Positions 9,467-17,725 of a DNA stretch of 17,725 bases are shown piece by piece. This stretch comes from Ginkgo biloba. Lineage: Eukaryota > Plantae > Ginkgophyta. The stretch's first letter is position 1, and every line of letters begins with the position of its first letter. The DNA is taken from contig JANKJI020000002.1 of NCBI GenBank assembly GCA_024626585.2, forward strand, positions 83,329,145 through 83,346,869, in the 5' to 3' direction. Position numbers and translations under genes: made by a program. The notes beneath the pieces are model-generated. The model had not been told where the DNA came from. It saw only the letters and a list, made by a program, of their open reading frames with translations, and made no database searches.

Positions 9467-11001
9467 CGATATCCATAATAGTCATTATAATTACAATAAG
9501 AATATTTAAGAAATGNNNNNNNNNNNNNNNNNNNNNNNNNNNNNNNNNNNNNNNNNNNNNNNNNNNNNNNNNNNNNNNNNNNNNNNNNNNNNNNNNNNNN
9601 NNNNNNNNNNNNNNNAACTAGGATATCCCATTTACAAGCAAAGGTTATTAGTCTCTAATGGGAATGTAGCATCATTAAGAGGTAGTTATAAGAAAAGGAG
9701 GAGGTCATGAATGAGATGTACTATGAGGTAGATCATAAAGACTAAGAAATCTCTATCAATGTTAATGAGATTTAAAATTTAAAGGCCTTACCCACCCAAC
9801 TTATAACTGGTGTACAAAATCAGTTAGCTTCAACAAGATACAATATCAAAAGGCTCAAAGGGAAAATGATGCTAAGCATCAATATTGCTTCAATAAAAGA
9901 ATAATTGATAGATTCATAGTTATCAAAGTTGATAGAGTTGTACAACTAGTTGGATACAAAGAGAGAAGCCTTGGAAGTGTGTTACAAAGAACTCTCATGG
10001 GTTATAGATGCATAACAATGAGAAAGAAAATAAGTGATGTTGCTCCAGCATAAAAATAAAATAAGCTCCTTGGAGTTCTAGGCTCTAGAAGAAAGGGATG
10101 ATCATTTTAGAAATCACTTGAATACCATTCAATTGGTGCAGCAAGATCGAATCCTAGTTGATAGAGTCAAAACCACTTTAGGAAACATACTATAATTTAC
10201 TAGGTCCTCATAATCAAATGTCCAGGAACTTATTTCACCCATCAGTTATTTGATGTCCTTGTACTAAGAGATGATTTAGGTTAAAATAAAGTTAGATCAT
10301 GGAGAAAATAAGAAGGCCATTATTTCCACAAGACTGGAATTTTTCACTCCTTTAGGATTAGACACAAGTGAGAGTATCAAGGACCATAGCAACAAAGGAG
10401 GCCCAAGTTCTCTCAAGTGGTGCATTGCTTCCCTTGGTGGATTAGTCCCCTAAGCCAACCAAAAAGGTACTAAGAGAAAATAAAGAAAATTTAACAAATA
10501 TTTCTCCCAATGAGTATAACCCCGCTTTGACCCCTCTAACAAATCAATCCAAAAAGAATCTTCCTAGGACAACCAGGACACAAAATAGAGGTAGGGTTAT
10601 AATAAGGAATGTTTCATCTCCTTGGTATTATTCATGTGGAAGGATTATCCTCCCCTGCACATCCAAGTAATATCAAACATCTATCTAAATCCATGGAATT
10701 ATCAATGAATATAGAGTAGGTCAGAACCATGGACCCACAAGGAGTTCTTAAAATACAAGTTGTTATATCTTCCTCATTACCTCCAGTTATAGTCCTAATT
10801 GGTCTTATTAGATCCAGTACACCTCTGCTAGTATAATATGAGTTCTCACTGAGTGGAATCGATCATGTAGATCATTTTGAGATAGTTCCCTTAATTTCCA
10901 TCGTGGACACAGATGCATCACCATCAACCCTAAAAGGAAAGAGAATTAAAAGGAAAGTTATTTTTTCTCTTGGAGCCCCATCCAAGATGCATGCAAGATG
11001 A
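8150..11001. repeat. Diverged direct duplication of ~1.3-1.4 kb (8150-9466 / 9616-11001)
   Basis: Shared exact blocks include gttataagaaaaggaggaggt, atgagaaagaaaataagtgat, accactttaggaaaca and gtcttattagatc. Substitutions are numerous, so this is not an assembly duplicate. Confidence 0.92.
9617..11001 (+). pseudogene. Second, diverged copy of the 3' half of the fossil coiled-coil ORF (copy 2)
   Basis: Collinear with 8151-9466 at a constant 1507-bp offset with no indels over 8178-8826. Ends KGKRIKRK...MHAR-TGA (10999) at the position equivalent to the copy 1 stop. Its 5' end runs into a 100-N gap. Confidence 0.7.
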
Positions 11002-12194
11002 TAATCCCTAGAANNNNNNNNNNNNNNNNNNNNNNNNNNNNNNNNNNNNNNNNNNNNNNNNNNNNNNNNNNNNNNNNNNNNNNNNNNNNNNNNNNNNNNN
11101 NNNNNNNNNNNNNNNNNNNNNNNNNNNNNNNNNNNNNNNNNNNNNNNNNNNNNNNNNNNNNNNNNNNNNNNNNNNNNNNNNNNNNNATTTTCATAATTAT
11201 AATTGACTTCTTTATGAACATCACTTTTGGAGTGGGAATTGATTTGTACCATCAAATTAAATCAAAGTGTTTTTTATTAGGATCTTCTTTTTAGTTATAC
11301 TGTAACATGAACATTTAATATTTGTTTCTTATTGAATGAATTAATGTTCACACTCTAATTCATCTAGTTATGTTGTTCAATTTTAAACTGAACATCAGTT
11401 TATATATCATCCTCTGTGATTAGTCTGGTAAGGCAATCTGGTCAATGTGTGGGATGACATCTATGATTCTCCTTCTTTGCAATTGAATTTTTCACAAAGG
11501 CATCTCTTTTAGTCCTCCTTATGCAAAATCCTTCACTACTAAATTAAAATTCTAGTCATGCTAGCATACTAATTCCAGTGATAAACCATTCTATCATAGT
11601 ATGAAATTTTTGTACCTTTATTCTTTCTCACACATATTATTTGGCATGAACCATGCACCATTTTCTTATATTACATATATAGTGTAAATAGTTATAAATT
11701 CATTTCAATATTCTTTTAAAATAAAGGAACTGCTCCTCACAAAATAGAGAGCACTAGATCCTTATTGTTATGGCATGTTACTACCTTTCTTTGAGTTATA
11801 GAACCATGCCTTATCCATCCTCAAAATTAGGTACTAATGCACTTGTCAATAATTCTCATAAGGGATTCTACAAAAGAATAAATTCTCTAGTAGAAATTTA
11901 CACCTCATTTGTGTTGATTAGCATCTAATGCAAAAATTAATACAAGTCTCAATTACTAATATAACTTATAAAATTTCTTTATTGAAATTAAGATACTATG
12001 AAAATTCATAAGGATCTTATTACCTATTTAAGGATTTGAATGGCCTTTTAAGACCTGAAAACAAGGTATCATACATTAGAAAATATAAAGAGGAAGATTG
12101 ATTCTTGGCTCTTTAGACACCAAAATTTGGAATGAAGGCAAATTATATTAATTTCTACTTTAGATTCTATGCCTACTTATATCTTGTCCTCATT

Positions 12195-12617
12195 TGTATA
12201 TAGATAATTATTAGTTTAATTAAGTTTAGTTATTTTTTTTATGTTTTGTTAATCTTATGTTAGATGAGAAGGAATATTATGAATGAATATTATATTATAG
12301 AATTGGTGAGAATTTATAGACTTATGTCTATAAATACAATGTATTATCTTTTTCACCAACATGGGTGAGAGTTGTAGTATATATATACATTTGGATTTGA
12401 AGGAATGAATGAATAATTAATCTCCTTGATCTCTTAGTTATTATGAATGAGTATTGTATTTTTTTAATACAATAGATGGAATTGAAAATAATTTATGCAT
12501 GTTAGATCTATGTTTTATGTGTTAGAGTGTAGATTATTTGTAGAATTCTTAAACTGGACTATTGTGCTCAAATTCATTGATAACATTAGTATGGTTAATA
12601 CTGAGTAATCATAAACA
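12195..12617 (+). repeat. LTR-like sequence, copy A
   Basis: TG...CA ends with imperfect 7-bp inverted termini (TGTATAT / ATAAACA) and TATAAATA at 12329-12336. Homology to 16437-16834 begins and ends close to these termini. Confidence 0.7.
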
Positions 12618-13347
12618 TTGGTTTTGTTGCTAAAAGAAGAATATATAGCCAACCATACAAAACACTCAGTTTGAAGTTGAGAAGCATTGTCAGTTTTCCC
12701 ACTTCGTTCAAATATTTGGTCAAAGTATGTGTTGATGAGTCTATAAGAAGGATTTGTTAATATCTTCTCATAAACTTGTTATAGGATCATCGAAGGGGAT
12801 AGAAAGAGAACTTTGGGAGTTTGATAATGAGTCTTGGGTATAGATGAAGGAAGGACTTAGAGTTTGAGACCACAAAAGGAGTTCATGAACCAAGGGAATG
12901 AAGAAAAATTGATAAACCAAAATAAGAGANNNNNNNNNNNNNNNNNNNNNNNNNNNNNNNNNNNNNNNNNNNNNNNNNNNNNNNNNNNNNNNNNNNNNNN
13001 NNNNNNNNNNNNNNNNNNNNNNNNNNNNNCATGTGATGAGGAGGAAGGAATTGATGCATTTGTGCCTTGGGAGAAGATAGCTCAAGGTCATGAATTTTTT
13101 TTTCTTGAGGAAGCAAATAAGACCATAACCTCTCAAGTTGTAGGAGATTTTTTTGATGAAGATCTCCCGAAAGATTCTAGTTTTGATTTAGAAAATTTAT
13201 AATATTTTTTTTGTTGTAAAATATTTTTTTTCTTTTTTCTACTCATCAGATAGGAAGAATAAGTATAGTTTTATAGCAAAAAACCCTGAGACCAGGCATC
13301 CTCAACGATAACTTCACCCTAGAGGCAAGGTATTCCCCAAAGAGTAG

Positions 13348-13565
13348 ATTTAAACTTGGTCACCATGCAGGGTACCAAAATATAGAACCACAAACCTTGG
13401 ACACATTACAAGGAGTCGGCAAACCTGAAAACCTCTAACAAACCCTACACAGACTTTAAAAAATTGGGTCACCAAGCAGGATGCCAAAAAACAGAACCAA
13501 CAAGCCTTGGACACCGCGCAGGGAGTCGACAAACATGAACAATGATAAAAAATAAACCCTAACAG
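13348..13565. repeat. Two-unit tandem repeat, period ~109 bp
   Basis: ggtcaccatgcagg...ccttggacac...ggagtcggcaaac...aaaccct (13358) vs ggtcaccaagcagg...ccttggacac...ggagtcgacaaac...aaaccct (13467). Confidence 0.85.
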
Positions 13566-14385
13566 TGGGTAACAACATGGCCTGGCTATGAACCTCTGAG
13601 CATCATACACCCTAGCAACGAGGTAGATCATCAAGGGCGGAGAAACCAAAACCCAAAAAAGGCCACAAAACTTAACCTAGCACACATGAATCCCTTGGCC
13701 CAACGCACCACAATAGAGCAAAATAGAGAACCCAATGAGGGTTCGCAAGCCAAACAACATGGCTTTGATATGAGAACAAAGGGACAACTCAGAACCACAC
13801 CTGACTTAAATGCAACCACCACCATAGGGTCAAAGAGCTGGAGTTAAAAGGCCACCTTAGGAACCTCCACCAAGCACCAACACCATTCAACTCGAAGCCT
13901 CCATGCTATCTTCCAAACACTCCTCATGCGAATCCCCTCCCTCCGCCTGCATTCCACCAGCTCTTCGCCTCTATGAGTGATCAACCTGAGCCCGAGAAGG
14001 GATAGTGATGAACTATCACATAAAAGCATGTACATTAGTGTATTNNNNNNNNNNNNNNNNNNNNNNNNNNNNNNNNNNNNNNNNNNNNNNNNNNNNNNNN
14101 NNNNNNNNNNNNNNNNNNNNNNNNNNNNNNNNNNNNNNNNNNNNNNNNNNNNNNNNNNNNNNNNNNNNNNNNNNNNNNNNNNNNNNNNNNNNNNNNNNNN
14201 NNNNNNNNNNNNNNNNNNNNNNNNNNNNNNNNNNNNNNNNNNNNNNNNNTAGAAAAACTCTATAAGAAATGACTTCACCAAGGAAACCCTAGGGTGGTGT
14301 TATTCAAAATCCAACTAGAGGTGATGGAGGAAACGATCCTCTAGAAAAAGGCACTCGCATTTTGAATCCTTATACAATTGACAAA

Positions 14386-14870
14386 GTGCAAGTTCAAGGT
14401 GATGAAAAACGTTGAAAAGAAAAGGAAAGAAGGTGGGAAGAGTTCGTGCAGAAAAAGACTAAAGCTTGAAAATTTTCAAGGAANNNNNNNNNNNNNNNNN
14501 NNNNNNNNTGAAGAAACCAACGCAATGCGAAGCTATGTGATAGTGCATAAACATTTAAAACTGTGCAAGAGGTTGCGAGTGTGCAAGAAGATGTGACTAC
14601 GCCATATACTACAAGTGTATGAAAAGATGCAGTTGTACAAGACACTACGAGCACACAAAGAGTTGTGATTGAGCAAGTTGTTACGAGTGCGTAAGGAGAT
14701 ATGATTGTGTAAGGTTGTGCAAGTAGAGAAAAAGAGGTGAGTGTGCAAGCTGAGACAAGTCGACACAATGATGCGACTAGGAAGTTTGATTGGACTATTG
14801 CGCGCAGATATGCACCTAACTATGATGTGGACAAAATAGGGCATACGACTCCCGACAGGGGGCATTGTGG
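14386..14870 (+). repeat. GTGCAAG-rich degenerate repeat tract ending in a candidate polypurine tract/LTR start
   Basis: Exact GTGCAAG at 14386, 14563, 14581, 14717 and 14743, plus variants (gtacaag, gagcaag, gtgtaag). Followed by AGGGGG (14857-14862), cat, then TGTGG (14866). Confidence 0.45.
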
Positions 14871-15359
14871 AAGTATAGGGTAAAGTCACCCTCATTGACA
14901 ATAAAGTAATAAAAAAATGACATGTTCTATTGACAAAACCTCTTCAACGAGTTCCACCTAATTCAGGGATGACTGAAGATGAAATGGATAAATTGATTCA
15001 ATTTAAACCCATTAAGAGGAAGGTGTATGTCTAATTTGAAATGTAAGAAAATAAAAAATTAAAATTGACTAAATCCAAATCAAAGGAAGGAATGTAATGA
15101 AAATAGAAGGATTTGGCAAAGGAAGATATGGACCTCTAGGGGTTGTAGGTGGATGTAGGGGATTTAACACTATACAAAAAATGCAGAAATGTAAATCATT
15201 ACCTACTTTGTTTCTCTTCAACAAGTTGTGAATTCTTGATTCTTTATCATTCCTTTATGTCGTCGCTCGATGGTCTTCTCCATCATACTCTTGGGAACTT
15301 ATTTCTTTCCCCAAGGGGGACAACTAGAAGACATATCCATCACAAATTAACATAAAGAT

Positions 15360-15902
15360 AGATTATTAGTAGTCCCATCAATTGGGTTATTACTAAAAAT
15401 TCGCAATGCAATATGCTGAGTGACCTATTTAGCACAGTGGGAGTGTTGTTGTAGTAATTATTGTAGGTGTTATTGGGCGATTTTTTAGTCTTTGACTTTG
15501 ACTTCATCTTGGAATGATCTCATAAGTATCACTGTCTCCTTTGATTCTTTTTCTTCATCTGACATGATGACCATGTAAAATTTCTTCGATTTTGGGTGAC
15601 ATTTTTTGCCCTTGTTCCATAGTTCATGGTAATGATAGCATTGTCTTCCCTCCTTCCTAGTTTCCTTTGGCATCTCTTCGTGTTGGGTACTCTAGTTTCA
15701 GGTGATGTGATGATCTGTGAATGTCAGATGAGATCTTCTTTGATCTAGTATGAACTTCCTTCTAAAAGTTACTTGTTTGTCTTTTGATTAATGAGCGTAG
15801 AATATTGCATCTTCCAAATTTTTAGGTTTAATCAATCTTACTTTTGCCTTTAATTTGGGTCTCATATTGGCTATATATAATTATAGAACATATTTTTCAT
15901 CC
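15360..15902 (-). pseudogene. gag: Ty3/Gypsy gag C-terminal fragment (Reina-like) with a possible protease remnant
   Basis: Minus strand reads DEKYVL*LYIANMRPKLKAKVRLIKPKNLEDAIFYAH (cf. FISGLKPEIRAEVRMFKPKTLSEAI), then RKEGRQCYHYHELWNKGKKCH (cf. RRAKGLCFNCDEKWxPGHKC), an acidic linker, and weak IDGTTNN (cf. IDSGSTHN). Confidence 0.75.
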
Positions 15903-16436
15903 NNNNNNNNNNNNNNNNNNNNNNNNNNNNNNNNNNNNNNNNNNNNNNNNNNNNNNNNNNNNNNNNNNNNNNNNNNNNNNNNNNNNNNNNNNNNNNNNNN
16001 NNTTTATTATTCTCTAATTCGTATACTTACATCATTTAGAGCAATATTTATGGTTATTTGTCAACTTTTAACATAACAATGATCTAGTGGGTGGATTTAT
16101 AGGTAAAGAACACATTATTTTTAAGCAATAACTTGATATGAATTAGGACTCTCCATTACTAATAAACTTTTTTCTTATTTCCATGAATTTTTCGAAAATA
16201 CTATGGGTTTATTCTCAAAAGCTAAAACTTCATTTCTCAACCTCCATTCAAAAACCTATATAGTTGTTGATTTCGTACACTTTCCTAGCTATTGAATACC
16301 TATACTTAAACATGTGAAAATAATAAACTAGATTCTAACAAAGCCAATTAAGAATCTAGCATAAGGAGAAAAGAAAAGATTCAAAAAAACATGAGAGAGA
16401 GAGAAGACATAAAACTCAAACTTATAACATAACATT

Positions 16437-16834
16437 TATAAATAAATAATGATTAATTTAATGAAGTTTAGTTATTTGGTTAATGTTTTGTTAATCTTAT
16501 GTTAAGTGAGAAGGAATATTTTATTGTAGAATTGGCGAGAATTTATAAACTAATGTCTATAAATATATGTTATTCACTAGCATGGGTGAGGGTTGTAATA
16601 TATGTGTATAGACACTTCGAGTTGCAGGAATGAATGATTGATTATTGTATTTGGTCTCTTAGTTGTCATGAATGAGTATTATGTTTGTTGAATACAAAAA
16701 ATGAGACTGCAAATAGTTGATGCATGTTGGATCTATGATGTGTGTTAGAGTGTAGATTATATGTGGTATTGTCATACTAGGTTGTGAAGTTGGTAACATT
16801 GCAATGCTTAACAATGAGTAATCGAAAGTAAACA
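16437..16834 (+). repeat. LTR-like sequence, copy B
   Basis: Collinear with 12195-12617 (atgttttgttaatcttatgtta, catgggtgag, tgtgttagagtgtagattat, tgagtaatc, taaacattg). TATAAATA at 16558-16565; starts TA instead of TG, ends CA. Confidence 0.7.
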
Positions 16835-16879
16835 TTGCATGAGAATAGTAGTAAACATCATTATTGATTCCAAAATTAA

Positions 16880-17050
16880 TGTTGAATAAACTACATCCGA
16901 TCTTCACCAAATACACTTGGTAAGGCCCATGTAATAGTGACCATAATTTCATGTCAGATAAATGGAAAACACTACCTCTTTTAAGAAATGGAGGAGAGAT
17001 ATCCCTAAGAGATCCCTTTTTCATTCTCAAGCAAAAGCAACAAAATGATT
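16880..17050 (-). pseudogene. Possible remnant of a Gypsy integrase C-terminal GPY/F region
   Basis: Within ORF 16659-17117: LRMKK...KRGSVF...KLWSLLHGPYQVYLVKIG resembles RMKKxAD...VGDxV.L...KLxxxxxGPYxIxxKIG. GPY lies at 16920-16928. Heavily degenerate. Confidence 0.4.
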
Positions 17051-17725
17051 TTGGGAGTTGATTCATTATGATGACCAAAGTATATAAATGGAAACTTTTG
17101 AGCACAAGTGTAATCATCCATGTTCAGTCCACCAAAGAAATTGAAAGTATGGTCATGAATTTCTCAAGTTGCAAAAATCATATCTTCAAATTTATGGTGG
17201 CATTTTAGTTCAAAACAAGAAGCTATTGTTTTATGGACTTATAAGTGCAGATGCTTGTCATCACTCTTATTAATTTGTAACCGCTCCTTACAACTTATAA
17301 TTCCAGAGATGATAGAAGTAGATGCTCTTAAATTATATCATCTTAAAAATCCATTAGAACAAAGGCTTATCACTCTAGCTTAAATATAAATTCAAATAAG
17401 GCTACAATTATCATTAACAAAACAAATAACTTTAAAAGATATTTTATCAATCTATAGTAAATAAAGAAATGGCAATCCGAAGATGCAAAATCAGGTTATA
17501 TATGTGGAAGACAAATGGTTCCCCTTTCAAACACAAAATTGTCAAGTAAGATTTTCTAAAAAGCAACACAAAAAATGATGGCAAAAAGAATTTAATTTAT
17601 AAGGTTATTTAGAGTAAATATGAACACAACATGTTGTCGTGGTAAATACAAAAAAATGACTTCTTACCAACTACACACTAATAAGACATTTTCCATATCT
17701 ATCATACAATAAGGAAGAGGATACA

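Noticed and set aside
12716-12726. ttggtcaaag as a degenerate tRNA-Met PBS
   Set aside because: Needs a 2-nt deletion and lies ~100 bp past the inferred LTR end; no clear gag follows.
13350-14901. Cys/Val/Phe- or Thr/Ser-rich minus-strand ORFs (13350-13649, 13631-13825, 14394-14768, 14533-14901)
   Set aside because: No domain motifs; explained by strand compositional skew and repeats.
1-17725. CRISPR array, retron/DGR-type RT system, tRNA/rRNA or intact host gene
   Set aside because: No regularly spaced repeat-spacer array, the RT is a Gypsy gag-pol RT, and I see no RNA-gene signature or credible exon structure.

Overview
AT-rich eukaryotic (almost certainly land-plant) draft-assembly DNA with 11 N-gaps, five of them exactly 100 N (probably unknown size, so adjacency across them is uncertain). 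I see no intact host gene, RNA gene, CRISPR array or prokaryotic system; the window is decayed retrotransposon sequence. Well supported: (i) a CRM-like Ty3/Gypsy element at 1213-3802 (+) with LTR end, tRNA-iMet PBS and a single-frame gag-protease-RT broken by nonsense codons; (ii) a second, different Gypsy gag fragment at ~15360-15902 (-); (iii) two diverged ~0.4 kb LTR-like copies (12195-12617, 16437-16834); (iv) small diverged direct repeats. The most interesting signal is largely missed by the ORF track: a fossil reading frame of ~900 codons at ~6692-9466 (+) (helical N-terminal part, KGKGK motif, Pro/Ser linker, long coiled coil, basic C-terminal tail). Its 3' half is repeated as a diverged second copy (9617-11001), and the two copies repair each other's stop codons and a frameshifting deletion. 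It is most likely an accessory ('extra'/env-like) retrotransposon ORF, but I cannot assign it to a family without a search.
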